A stretch of DNA of 63,355 nucleotides, the filler included, from Phoronis australis (taxonomy: Eukaryota; Animalia; Phoronida): the NCBI GenBank assembly GCA_002633005.1. It is 4 parts of 4 records of this genome, joined end to end, with 100 filler letters (N's around TTAATTAATTAA, not from the genome) between each part and the next. Parts side by side here need not be neighbours in the genome. Positions count along the whole stretch, not along the records: positions 31,724 to 53,665 come from NMRA01001401.1; 3 more parts are not named here. One strand, written 5' to 3'. The position numbers and the translations under genes are program-made. Below are positions 38,930 through 52,099 of the stretch, piece after piece; positions within the stretch are counted from its first letter, which is position 1, and each line of letters opens with the position of its first letter. Under the pieces are notes generated by a model that saw nothing but the letters and a program-made list of their open reading frames with translations, was not told the origin of the DNA and ran no database searches.

Positions 38930-41900
38930 CGCTTTCCAAGAGAACCAGAGCAGGGCTAGTTCACCTCAGAATGTACAGATGCTTAAAATAACAGCATCAC
39001 CTTGAGCAGTAATTTATGCTTATTATGACATATACTTACTAATGGCAAAAACATTGCCTCCAAATCAACATTCCAGGATGTCATGTCTTTACCTTGTCCT
39101 GTAAATCGTGCAAAAATTCAATATTTGTGCGAATACACGTGACGAAAAAACAAAGAAATAGGTAGATGTCACAGACATTTTTGAGAGGAGTTAATTGACA
39201 TATAGTAGCCCACATGAAGTCAAGTCAAATTCGTCACAGAAGGAAAAACCCTATTAGCAAGTGGATAGCTGGGGCTAGGCTACGCCGCGTGGGCTACGGT
39301 AAGCCTATGGCTATGCAGGCACTGACAATGGAGACGTAGTGACAAATGAGAAAACAAGTTGCATTTAGGTAGTAACCAAAATTCCTATAAAATTACAAAA
39401 TTAAAACTAAATGTCATCGTAAACGACTGAGAATTCAACTAAATGAAAAGAATTATCCAATTAACTCAACCTTTTCATTGGGCCAAACTCCTCGATTCCT
39501 GTGTTGAACTGTGCCAGGAGGCGGGCCGATCAACAACAACTTGTCAAGTTAATTCCGACACGTTTCGTAGCAATAATCCGACTTGAATTGCTCACATACG
39601 CGTTTTAGTTTGCATTAAACACAACAAATTTGCTTGACGTGCGCGAAATAAAAACCAAAGTTCACCTTCGTTACCAGCCATGAGACCGGAAGTTTTGAAT
39701 CCTGCTCACGTACTTTTGCGTTAGGCCGCGAGATTTCACGGAGTCGCGAATCTCTTTACTAATGTCTTTGGCCGCACTTGAGTACAAAAACAGTGTTAAA
39801 ATTCAGTTATCCACGAAGTGACGAACATAGAACAAAAAATATTTGAACTTTGTAGACGTTATAAACTAATTCGTGCAACGAAACTTCCGTTGATACCGTC
39901 TTGCTAAACATAAATCAGTGATAGTGGATTGGCGTTACCCCCGACACAGCGCCACCTATACTGCAACGTACTGGTACGTTCGTAATTTCGGAACAGTGTC
40001 CTTTCTTCTGGTGTGCAGGTATGAAATTACGAACGTACCAGTATCAAGCTCGCTAACAAAAAGTCTAGCCGTGTCTTTAACGAAAAATGTAGTAATGTAT
40101 GTACACGATAAAGTTAAACCGAAATGGACGAATTTTATATCGAACAAGCGTGTCTGCACGAGGTCAATGATGATGCAATTCCATTTTAAGAAATCAAAGG
40201 ACCTCGGCAGAGTAATGCCGTTTTAACTAAGAAGGTTGAAACGCTAAATGCTGACGGATTCAAAACATGAGCATGTTTGAACTGGATGCAAACGATTTGT
40301 AAACATATAATTATTAGAAAGCACTGAAAAATAAGGGTTGAACATCCTGTTATTAATAAATACATTGTAAAACGGCAATCTGTGATTAATTGGCTATACA
40401 TATGACCATTTTAAAATATAATCTAAATAACTGTCAGTGGTGAAACACTTTGTATAAAGTCTCTCGACGTTATTTCTCTTTGATAACGGTTGCGTTTGAT
40501 GTCCCTTATGCTGGTGTTTCATGTGTAACTTCTCAAGTAATGCTTTTCTGATAAAGTCCACAGCCACTTGCATAAACAACGTCAAAGGCATATCCAAAGA
40601 AATAATGCGTTTTGTGTGGATATGAATGGATTACTACCCACGTACTACTTTTTTTAAATAGATGCCCGTAACAACATATTTTTATCAGCATTCTGTGCAA
40701 AGTCCATTGCTAATCCAAATTTGATACTACGCGTAAGTATACGGTCTCCATCCAAATGAATAGGAATTTATGTACTTGAGTCTCAAACGGGTAACGTTCT
40801 TTTCGCTGTATGCTGGTGTTCGACGTGCAGAAACTGCTTTCTAAATTAGCAGTCTATGACACTTTTTATAGCAATAACGACAATGCACCAAAAAACTGTA
40901 TGTTTATGTTGTTCTATGTTGTACATGCACACATTTCCCTAGATAAATGAAATTTTTAATTTTAATTAAATATATCTATTACAAAGTATTTCCCTCCGTC
41001 CATCATTCTACAGTTGTTCGTCTCTGTGTATATCGTCACTGTGATCTATTTCTCCACAGCCCCCTTTTACGTAATAGTCCTTTGTTCCGTCCGAAAGTTC
41101 ACTGAACTTCATTTGCTTGTCAGCAATCAGGCGATCAAATTGTGTTTCTGGTCAGTCTTCAAAACTTAGATTTCCGCCTCCGACCCTCCAGTTTCGTAGT
41201 ATTTTATACTGGTAAAGTTTTGCCCCATCTCTCCGTGGTATATTTTTGAGTCTCCATTTTGTACATTTTTATGGCGATTTTTTGTCGCCCATCTTTGTTA
41301 TGTCAGAAAAAAACCCAGTAAACATGACAGTATTGGCTTAGTATTGGATATCTGTTGCTTGATAACGCTTGTACCGTATACTGGTTTACGTTTCTTGGCC
41401 ACTAATGGCCCAATACCGTCCAATGACACTAACCCAGTGAACCCTTCCCTTACCGGGTCGCCGATATTGGCCCAATATCGCTGACCGGTAAACACAGACT
41501 TGAACACAAGAGGGCAGTTAGAGGCTTGCCCACAGGAGGCCCTGGCTTACTATTTTATCGCTAAAAGTTTTCTTCAAACAAATCACCATCAGATGTGTGA
41601 CAATAAAACTTTTCAATTTTTATAAAAAAATTAATTACCAACAGCTGTATTACAGCGTAATTTTATTTTTTTTAAGAAAACTTTCCACTAGATGACCCTC
41701 ATGAAAGAACCGCCATTTTGAAATTTCCGTTGAAGAACACTTGAGTTGTTTAGTTTGAAACCAGCGTGTGTAACACAAATAGTGAAGGATTTTCACAGTG
41801 AACTTCAGATTTCTGGTAAGTTTCATATTTGTTCACTTTGCATGCCATGCCAGTGTCTGTAAGAGCATACAAAACATGATTTATACCGAAGACGTTCTCA

Positions 41901-43219
41901 GCCTCTGATCGTCTTTAATACAAATTGGGCCTACAATCTACTACAAGATATAGTTTCATATACTTATTATACAGGTACTATAATTTTTGTACATTATTAC
42001 TTTATCTTACTATAAACATCGCAACCACATTCTATTTTTGCTCAATAACTTATCAAACATAGCTCGAACCACCGCATCAGCAAAGTATTGACCTAGTTAC
42101 ATAAACGTTTTACACACATTTTAATGTTAACCATGTATGACTTATGCCTGATCAAAATGAATAGGATTGGTGTAGCTTAGGAACTTACTTCTACTAAATA
42201 ACAAGTAGGCCTACATATTCCGTGCCTTGCGTGATCTTGTGTTTTCGTGAGGCTCTCGCGTCTGAAGAGCGCACGCAGGCTAAGAAATTTGGACAGTGTT
42301 CTGTAGACCACTTTTCTCGCGAGAAATGCGAGATCATACAAAACCACACAAATTCAGTTGAACGAAAGACAAATGTTTCGCGAGTATGTACACGAGCTTA
42401 CAAGCTCATCCTAGTAAAATAACGGCCACTGAAGTGATTGGTCGGTGAGGTTGGAATGTTCAAATAAGGGATTGCATTTATAACTTTTATATCTTATACG
42501 ATAGAATTCATTGCTTCCGTTCTATTACCCTAGATTTTGCCCTCACGAGCAAGCTACATGTAACTTTGAATTTACGGGACGCAACCTTGGTTGTTTCTCG
42601 ATGACATACAGGCCAATCAGATGTCTTAGCTGATTAACCCGGGGAAGCTCTGAGGTGCAGCCATATGCGAAATGTTTCAGCGTGAGTCTCCAAATGGTTC
42701 GACGAAGTAGCACTGTGAAAAGATCACGTGACATAGCTTCTCACTGATAAAGAGAACGAAGGAACAATCGCACATTCAAAGTGGTTGGATAACAGCATTC
42801 AAACATTCTGATTGTTTGATGTTGAAAAATGCATCAGTAAACCGATCCATTTATTCGGAAAGATTATTTTGTGTCTTGCAGTTGCTGCAACCACCAGAAG
42901 TGACTACATCAATGCATGGACAAAGTATCAGTCAATAGGCAATAACTTAAACGTTTGAACTGTATTCCTCGTTTCACAAAGTCTACTGCTCGGGTTACAG
43001 TCAGCTTTATTTGCTGTGGGCATTCTTTGATGAAAATTTAATTACCACATCGTAGCTAGGGGACACCACAAAATACCCGTGTAATAAAGATACTATACCA
43101 ACTTCATTGTTTTTCTTCTTTAATGTGAACTTCCTTCAAAGGACGGAAGTGAACCACGAGAAATAACAAGGAATTACGTAAAACGTCTCGAACACCCTGG
43201 AGTTACGAATGGGACAGTC

Positions 43220-43307
43220 TATAAAAGTGGTCAACAATCATCAAATCGTCAGAATACCACGCTGACCATTCAACGTTACAGTGCTGCGTTCTAGAAAATA
43301 GTTCGAG
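43220..43307 (+). promoter_or_regulatory. TATA box, initiator and non-coding exon 1 of a secreted-protein gene
   Basis: TATAAAA at 43220-43226, TCAGAA with A at 43251 (31 nt after the first T), donor GAG|GTAAAC at 43307/8. CGGAAGTG (ETS-like) at ~43144. Confidence 0.55.
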
Positions 43308-44199
43308 GTAAACGTTTCTATTTAACTATAGTTCTTGTATGTTTCACCCGATTTTGTCTTAACGAAATTTCATTTTCAGATACCCTGTTTACTTTAAAAT
43401 TGTGTGCATGTTGATCCCATCTTCTTCATTCCGTGTTTGTTCTCGCCGTGTTTAAACTGTGATTTGTGTCCGGAGCACTTATCACGTTGGGTTGAACTAA
43501 GTATAGGATAGACTTTGCGTCATCTGCGGAAGAGGAACGGGGAAAAGTGTCAAAGTGTGTCTGCCAAGGACGTTTAGCCGGAAAAGACGGCTGAGTGAAA
43601 AGGTTTTTTCGTTTTTGAAGCCTGGCACACGGGCAAATGGGTAACAAAATACAATACATTTTCTGATGAGATTAGACATACTTGTTAAAGTTACGCGTGA
43701 CTACAAAACCCCGCGCATAACCTTCGCACCCCAAATATGTTGCTGTCAATATCAAGGATTTCAAAGCATGGTTTTATGTTTGAATACATGGCTGATGGGT
43801 TTACACCAAAAAGAAAAGAAAGCTGTGGAGGGCATACCAGTTAAAAGGATTATCGTTCTCAAACCTAACCTCCTTTCCCTCTGAAGTGGGGCACCTTTTT
43901 GTGATATCCTTGATCCTTAAGTCGAAAATTGAAATTCGAAAATATTTTCCACAAATCTGTGGAAGTCAATAAACCTGGGTTGAGCACCGTAGACCTAAAC
44001 ATGTAGATGCAACGTGATCACATCTTTGTTTGTAATTCAAGGCGGTCTCTCGAATATTGTGTGATCTTGGGGTTTCACGAATGCAGTGCGATTTTATGTA
44101 GTGCAGCGTATGGTTTCATGGGTTTCATATTACTTGCTCTTGATCAAAAACATACCTTTAACTAATTTTACAACTGCTTCACTCCACTACAGGTCAACT

Positions 44200-44261
44200 A
44201 TGTCCAAGTCTGCAATCTTCATCGTCTTAATGATGGCGTTCGCTGCTCTCATGACTGCAGA
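44200..44261 (+). CDS. First coding exon: signal peptide MSKSAIFIVLMMAFAALMTA(E/D) of an unidentified secreted protein
   Basis: Branch-like CTAAT at 44162, acceptor actacAG|G at 44192/3, ATG at 44200, basic-hydrophobic-small-residue pattern, donor GA|GTAAGT (phase 2). Confidence 0.7.
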
Positions 44262-44439
44262 GTAAGTGTTTGACTAATCCCTAATAAAACTGTTTAAAAG
44301 AGACCTGAAGTACATGTTTCAACATTTTAATATGAATTTTGAAAGTATAAGGGTTCGTTACTGGCATCCACGTATTCCTAATTAGTGCACAGTATTTTTC
44401 TTTTTTACTTTGAAAGTTCCTGTGACGTTGATTCATCCC

Positions 44440-45321
44440 GGGTGCTAACCGTATGAAGATTATCTTCAAAATACTGCTAGGTACCAGTAGCACTGTGTGT
44501 TGAGCTCTGTTAGACACCGAAATTTCACACAGCCCGGGTAGTTCTGCTCGTCACCTCCTCGCGAAACTTATTTCAGCATGTAGAGCTATAAACCGGCACT
44601 AGTAGTAGGCTTCTACTAGTGACAACAGGGGGTTGGTAAGTTGATACTTTCTAGGTTATAAACAGAACAGCAGTACGAAGGCTGTACACTGGTAGCTGGA
44701 GACCAGGCGAGCTTTTCTTGTGAGGGGAGCGTGAAAATATATGGGTGTCGTCCAACACTCAGCTTACCCACTGGAGCCGTTTAAGTGAAAAATAATCTAG
44801 TAAACGTTATTTCATCTCATAATTCTCAGCCTTTAAAAAAGAGGCGCTCAATACGCGCTATTTCCTAAAATTTTGCAACATCTGTCGGGAGATGATGACA
44901 GCTTCGCAGGAGCAAATTTTTTATGAAATTCGGTTTCCTGGTATTAAAATAGTAAAAACTTGTCAGGAAACGAAATCGACTCTAATAATTTGTTGTGACA
45001 TGTACACAACTTCAAAGAAAAATTTGATCGCTTGTTGTATTTGTAAGAACAACTCTGGGAACGAAACTGGCCAATAAGGCAACAAGTGACTGCGCCGAAA
45101 GCCGACCTTAAAGAGCGCGACGAAATTTTAGCAGCAGACGGTGAAAAGCAGAACGCCAATTTTTTCAATACCAGTAAATAATTTAGTTTATTCAAGGAAG
45201 AGTGAAATTTTTAGTGACACTAATTTTGAGTCAGACTTTATTTGATGAGTTTTTACCCACGTCGGTGCAACGGCCGTTGTTTATTTAGTATACATGTACA
45301 GCTTGCACCAAGCCAAGGCTA
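44440..45321 (-). mobile_element. Diverged second copy of the 769-bp TAG...CTA element
   Basis: Reverse complement of 52293-53050 (gtatgaaga..aaata..ctaggtacc..gttctgctcgtcacctc; end ccaaggcta). Confidence 0.8.
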
Positions 45322-48300
45322 CGCAGTCGGGGCCCTTTCCTGGCCGCCGGCCGGGGTGCCGAGAACGGCACTGTTCCACTAATAGTCAACACTACACGGC
45401 AGTAAACTTGTATTATGAACTTTCGAGAGCCAAAATCGTAGACGAATTATACACATTAAGCACAGTTCTGTAACCGAGAGGCATTTAATGAGCTATACAA
45501 ATAGTAAGCTCCATTCATCTCATTGCCTTCACCCACGGTGCAGCCTCAGTGACGTCAGATGCGCGTTAGCCAATAGGAATTAAGATTGGAAAAACGCTTT
45601 TTACAAAAATGTGAAAAAATAACAAAGATGCGATTGATGATATAGACTTTGTTCATAAATTAAATTGGATTAAAAATGCATGTTATTGTACTTCAGGAAC
45701 CTTTTAAGTAGAACTTCAAAGGCGTCTGCTATGAAATAATTTATGTTGATTATTAAAAGATTGAATTTGTGTGTTAATGTCGACATTGACATAGAGACCA
45801 GTGACCCGTTGCACCCTTATCCTGCGCTCGGCGACGTCAGTCGACTTGCCAGTTATCCTACAATGTAAATGTATACAGCACGATGGGTGTTTTCAATCAA
45901 CCACGATAAGTTGCAGCTGCCACCGGTAGGTGAGTGCACTCACCACAGGACACATGGTTTTCATTCAGAAATTGAGAGAGCCCTGTGAGTTGGTTAGGTA
46001 TGTCAATATTTGCATTCCACAGTTTTTGAGGTTGCTCTGCATTTCTCTGATTTAAACCGTGTGGCATTGATTACTATTTTGGGAGATATTGGCGTGTTTA
46101 CGTAGGTGTATAGACAAATAAAGGCTAGAGCCAGACGTGAGAGGATGACTGTGGATCAGTTTATTTTCACTGAGGCTATGATGAATATGTACATACGGTG
46201 AAAATCTCCATTAAATTCTGAACAACTTTCAAATTTAAAATTGTTAGGTCATTAGTTGGCGTGAATTCGCTAAATTATTGAAAATCAACAGGAATTTCAT
46301 GCAACGCCCTTAATTTAAGGATTAACTCTCTATTTGCTTTCATTGATGTAAGGTCTCAGTTTTCAAATACATAATAAATATGCCGCAAGTCAAAGACAAC
46401 TGCTTGACTTTTGTAAGTAAACAAAAGATAGAAATATGTTTAAGAATTAAGGAACATAGTCGAGTCCCTATTTGGGACGGTTTCATGCAGCGGAACACGA
46501 GACTCTGTTACTTAGTGTTTCGACGATCAGAGATCGGGGATTTCATCTAGGGCACCACTGTCGTTGCACAGGCGCTCGAATTTCCCGATTGCTCATAACC
46601 ATATAATAAGAAACATAATCATATTGGTTGGACACTATAAAGCTTTGCCGAGCCGAGGCTCCAAACTTCAACTGTCCAAACTCCAAATAAAATCTGAGTG
46701 CACCTCCCCCAGTCTGGTATTGCATAAACATTCGAAGCCTTATCTTTCCTTGATCCCATTAATTGTCCCCGTGAGTGGTGAATTGGCGATGGAATTTCCA
46801 AAGCAATCTCAAAACTCTGAATTCAAGGACCTAAAGTAGTAAACATGGCGGATTTCAGTTGTGCTTCAACTTGTACGCCTGTCGAAGGTGAAACTTCGAG
46901 TTTGAAACCTACATTTCAAATTCAATTATTCTAATCCAAAACCTAAATAATTGATAATGTTAAAATTAGTATGTTAATGATTATTTGCAATTTTATTCCA
47001 CTGACAACTCATTTTAACCCTTAACTTAAAATTTTATTGCATAAACTAGAGTATCTTGTTTCTCATCTTGACATTACGCACTTTTCTTGGTTGGAGCACA
47101 ACACACACTCGGCCAGGAAACGCAGTCCGTGCGAGTATTACAATGTGCGTGGCCGATGAGTTAATTCAATGGCATTGGCCAAAAGTGAAACCTTAATAAG
47201 AAATCACAGTACACAAAATAACTTCGCATTTCAATACAGTATCAGGATAATTTATATTTGACACAAATAACTGAGTAGATACATTCATTTGGCAATGATT
47301 TTTTAAAGTGCTCTCTGCTTCTCATGACCAAGTACTCGAGGGACTGAGGACAAAAGGAGCGCGAAAATAGACTTTCGGATTTAACTCGGGAGCGTCCGCC
47401 AAAAACCCGGATGTGCGAAGACCGTCTGCCATGACATCACTAAATAATGTCCTTGAATTTGTGATTTTGACATTCTTTAGGCATTTTTGTAGTCAAATCA
47501 TCACTCAAAGGCAATTTGAAGATATCAAATGAAAGAAGGTATTCTAAGATTTGTTCGATGGCAGCTTCGTGGAGTTCCATGCACATTTGCAGATTTTGAG
47601 TATCCAAGCTTTATGTTTTCTTAGTATTGGGTGAAGTCATTTACAATCGAGGAACAGATAAACTCAAGCGCCTGTGTGTCGTTGTTGGTCCCTAAACATC
47701 CGGTGACATCACAAAAATTGTGTACGTAAGCTGATTTATAATTTACGTTTCATGCGGCGAAATTTGACTTGAGCGTGATCGGATGGCGCGTGCCTCGAAA
47801 AACTTTGGCGCAAAACCTGATCTATGTGAATTGAGGCCCCTTTTCAATCCCGTGGACCCGTGCTTTCAATTCTGGTGCATGCAAGTGACAAATGTTGTTT
47901 TCTGTCATATCGTTTACATGTCACCAAGTTATCTGTAATGTCACAGGACGTTTACGAGTCGACAACAGTCCCGCAATGCTTTTAAATTACGTCTTTGAGA
48001 GGTAAAGCAATTACTGCCATATTGCAATCGGGGCTGACATGTTCAACTTAAGGTATTTAACGTGGTAAACTGTATATGTTGGAGTGTGAGTCGTGATCAG
48101 ACTTTGTGATGAGGACAAAAGAATGTGCGAATGTACTTGGGTTTGGAAACCACTATCGTCTGGAACCAAATGGGAATATTTGTGGTGTCGCCAAAAGACC
48201 ATTTCCGCAGAGGCTTTCTTAAATATGCAAGTATCCCCCTTATAAACGGACTGTCAGTCTAAGTCGGGATCCGAGCTGCTTGTATGTGGACGAAGTATCC

Positions 48301-49114
48301 GGGTATTCACTGGCCAAAAGGCCCCGTATGTTGAAATTCAGATACGTGCATGAAGGACACTCAGTCTACCGGTGTCTACCGCCTCTTGCACCGGCCGTTG
48401 ACCCCTTCAACGTACTCTATAATTCGTAATAATGGACAAAACGCCGATGCAATACATCCACTGTAATTAAAGAAGCACACGTAGTTAACCCTTATTACAT
48501 GGTTAGAGGATGTTATAAGGATCCAAGAATTACCTACCCCATAACTAATACACAATCAGAAATCGAATAAAGCTTTAATAAACGCGCCACTCACGATTCG
48601 CACCCGAAGAAGCGCCATTTTGAACTTACCGCGAACCCGGAAGTACAATTCATTCAGGAACCCAGGCTAAGAAAACGCCGTCAATGCGACTGGAGCTGCT
48701 TGTTACCAACCTGCAAACGCAGGCTCTTAGGAAGGAAAAAATTATTGGGGGTGGGGGCTCAAATCAATTTGACTTCGCCAACCTACCCCCTTGATATCGC
48801 TAGCCCCCACCCATTCTCTGGATATCACCCTATTTGTACCGTCCCCCCACATCCGCCATAGTTGGGGATAATACCGGGGATGCAGCCATCAAGATTTGAG
48901 TAATCGTGAACCAACAAAGTGTCACGGAGAGTAAGAATGTCTAGGGCCAGCGTACTGACGGGTAGCTGGAAGCAGCCTGAAGTAACTATAGCTGGGCTCC
49001 AACACCTGTTCCTATGCTGTGGGTTGAAGATCAAGGTTTGTTTTATAATCCAGTTTCGGGAAAACTTCATTTTATTACAGCCAGTCTTTGTAGTAACTTT
49101 TTGAAAAGGTGAGG

Positions 49115-49252
49115 CCCCGAGACTGGTATGAATCACTAGATGAAACGCAGCCGGTAGTCCTGTTTCTGGCTGCTGGGGGAAATGATACAGAGTGTGTTCC
49201 AAAAATGTACACACTTCAACGTCTGGAGTTCAAATTGAGCTCCCGTGGGTAA
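49115..49252 (+). pseudogene. Possible SGNH/GDSL-hydrolase fragment of retroelement origin
   Basis: PRDWYESLDETQPVVLFLAAGGND resembles the SGNH block III P..V.L..GGND seen in DIRS/Ngaro and some LINE ORFs. Confidence 0.4.
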
Positions 49253-49489
49253 TTGATATTCTACGCAGGTCTACTGCATGGTTACACCTTATTTTTAAAG
49301 TGGGGGTGCCATTTATTACGTGTTCTTTTTTAGTAAAAGGTCCTCATCGTCAAAAATGTGAGGCTGGTTTCGCGCATGTCGTGTGTGTAGTATGCACGGG
49401 AAATGCAAGCAAACGATTCAGATTTGAAGATAAATACTACTGGAAACTAAAAACATCACAGAACTGCAAAGAGATTTTTTCGAAGTTGA

Positions 49490-50255
49490 TGAGCAATGAG
49501 TTAGATTTTATTTATTTAAGTACATAAACGTCTTTCGATCTACGGTTTGTAAACTTAAATCCAGTAATCTAGTTCCTAAGCCAATAAACATTTTATTGTC
49601 ATTTGAATTGTGAGAGGATTTTGGGACACTTTGTAAAGTTGTACGAAATTCATCAATTTCCTTGAGACTTATTTCAGATAGACAAAAATCGTTCAGCGTA
49701 CTTTTATATTTGGGGATCTTATGATAGATTGAATTTTCCCGGTGTCTGCTTGCAACTAAGTTCATTGAAGCATTCTCATTTCTACAAGATTACATGTACA
49801 GTAGCTTCATCCGTCAATCAGTCCACTTTCATTAGATACATAAACATGTAAATCAGAAACCAACAATCAAATCCATGAGCAATGCGTTTACCTTGATTTA
49901 ATGACTTAATCCCCCTTTGATCCCGTTGGTGAGTTTAAACAACAAAACTTGTTCCGAAGTTAAAAAGCAATGTATTTATCGTGATTTGAATTGTGAGCAA
50001 ATTTTTGGGAAGTGTCCAAATTTCATCAATGTCTTTGAGAGTTATTTTAGATGGGCAAAAAGCTTCCAAGTGCACTTTACTATTTAGGGCTTCAACTAAA
50101 TTCCCTGAATCGTCATCATTTTTTAAAAGATTAGCCTCTAATTACCAAAAATCATCTACTAACCTGTCGGTTTTCGTAGATACATAAGCAAGTAAATCAG
50201 AAACCAACGAATTTGTTAATCAAAACGGAAATCAATGTACAGTTATGAGCAATAT
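49490..50255. repeat. Diverged ~385-bp tandem duplication
   Basis: atttgaattgtgag at ~49601 and ~49984; agatacataa...gtaaatcagaaaccaac at ~49834 and ~50178. Confidence 0.7.
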
Positions 50256-50950
50256 GCGCAGCCATGCTCGCAGATTTTAGGCGGGTAACCCGGAGAAAAT
50301 GGGAGATTGGGCATTCATAGTAAGGTGTATTTTTACCGGTTCACGAGTTAAACTTGACCCCCCCAATTAACGCTGAAATATTTGTTTATTAGTGGGAGTA
50401 TTTGAGTACAATCGTTCACCCCAATGGTAGCCTCGACAGCACTGTTTTCCAAGGGGAATTCCTTACAAACAACTCATTGTAATCATTTTAGAGATACTAT
50501 TCTTGTGATACTATGGGAAACAGTAACAATATTTTATAATTACATTATATTTTGGCCATAGTACGATCAGAAAACGGACAATCTCATTCTAATTTCACCA
50601 CATGGATGTGGAATGGTAATCGACACTTGTCCTACTGTACATATCCTGATGAAGTCTTATGAAAAGACGTAACGTTGAGTTAACATGAGCTTTTTATTTG
50701 TGCGGCGATTGTCCGTTTTCTAGTTATTCTATAACTAACCATCGGAAATAATCCTTTTGTGTAATTAACAGATAGGGGTCTTTACGTTTTTCAAAATTCC
50801 ACCCTTTCGATGGCGGTCAATCCTATTGCATTTTTTTCATATTTTTTGGTTGTTTGGATCGAATGTCTTGATACTGCTGTGCTGTGCACGAATGTTGGTT
50901 TTTTTATGAATTTGGAATCTCAACTTCGCTCGAGAATACTTGGCAGTGTC

Positions 50951-51098
50951 CATGGGCGGAGCACCAAGGGGGCTGGGAGGCTATAGCCCCACTTTTTTCA
51001 GTGCTGGACCGCCCATGGTCTATGGGCGGTGCATCACAGGGGGCTGGAGGGCTTTAACCCCTTCCCCACACACCTTTTTCAGTACTGCACCGCCCGTG
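50951..51098. mobile_element. Two tandem miniature MITEs (67 and 78 bp)
   Basis: CATGGGCGG...CCGCCCATG (50951-51017) and TATGGGCGGTGCA...TGCACCGCCCGTG (51021-51098). GTGTC flanks both outer sides. Confidence 0.7.
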
Positions 51099-52099
51099 GT
51101 GTCGGATTTACATGCATAGAAGGACAAAGGGACGTTTCCCCGAACTGCTTCACCGAGAGAGGGCCCCGTCTGAAATGGGACACCTTAATTATGAAGGACT
51201 AAACATCATTAAGCTTGGAAATGAGTTACAGTTCATTCCACCGTCGTGTGGTCATAAGACGGTGCAGGAAATGACCCTCTTCGACATGAAAGTCAGCTTC
51301 ACGATTTCACAAAAAACAAGAAACTAGACATAATCAAGACCAACATTGGGCCCTCTATATATCATTGAGCGGACTCTTAAGAATTTGTCAATAAAAACAT
51401 AAAAACGGTGGCCACTTGAATGTCACCAATGGCCTCCTTCAAGGGTGGGGCCCCTTAATATGAAATTATCAATATTTTCAAAAATCAAGAAATGTGCAGC
51501 ATTTGATGATATCTATCAGGGCATCAAGTGATACACAAATCGAGAAAAAAGCGACAGTTGTTTTCGTTATCCCTTGCCAGAGAGGGGTCTTTGGGAAATA
51601 TAGTTTTGCAGTCGCAAAATTTTGACTTATTGAATTTAAAAATCAAGTAAATTAACACGCTCCGCAAAAGCTTCGCTTTACATATTTTTTATTTTTCGAA
51701 ATATAATACATGAATCATTGCATGCCCGTTTTCAAGTGCGTTAAGACGATCTGTGCTGCAAAAGCGGAGACCCCAACAACAATGTCCTGGCCAGGGTCTC
51801 CAAAGTTAAACCATGCACTGATACAGAGTTGTTAAATGTTTCTCTTGATTTTTTTTCTCTTATTCGCATTCAGAAGTCTTAATTTTCTCGACTATCCCCG
51901 CCCCACACTTATGCCGGTTGCCACAGTTGAACCCTGATGCGTGCCCCCCCCCCGCCCCCGCTTCCTACGGCCCTGAAACGGGGATAAAATAATGGACAGC
52001 GCGCCTTAACTTTAATAAAATCAAAATACGGACAATGATATCGAATTTGCTGAAGAAATGTGGCGAATAAACTTTGACAGAAATTATTTTGCCTGACTC

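Noticed and set aside
41700-41822. CGCCATTTTG (YY1-like) plus GTAAGT donor as a host first exon
   Set aside because: Such motifs are common in transposon ends here; no linked downstream exon was established.
51112-51327. Phase-compatible candidate exon for the secreted protein
   Set aside because: Acceptor has no pyrimidine tract and the peptide is unremarkable.
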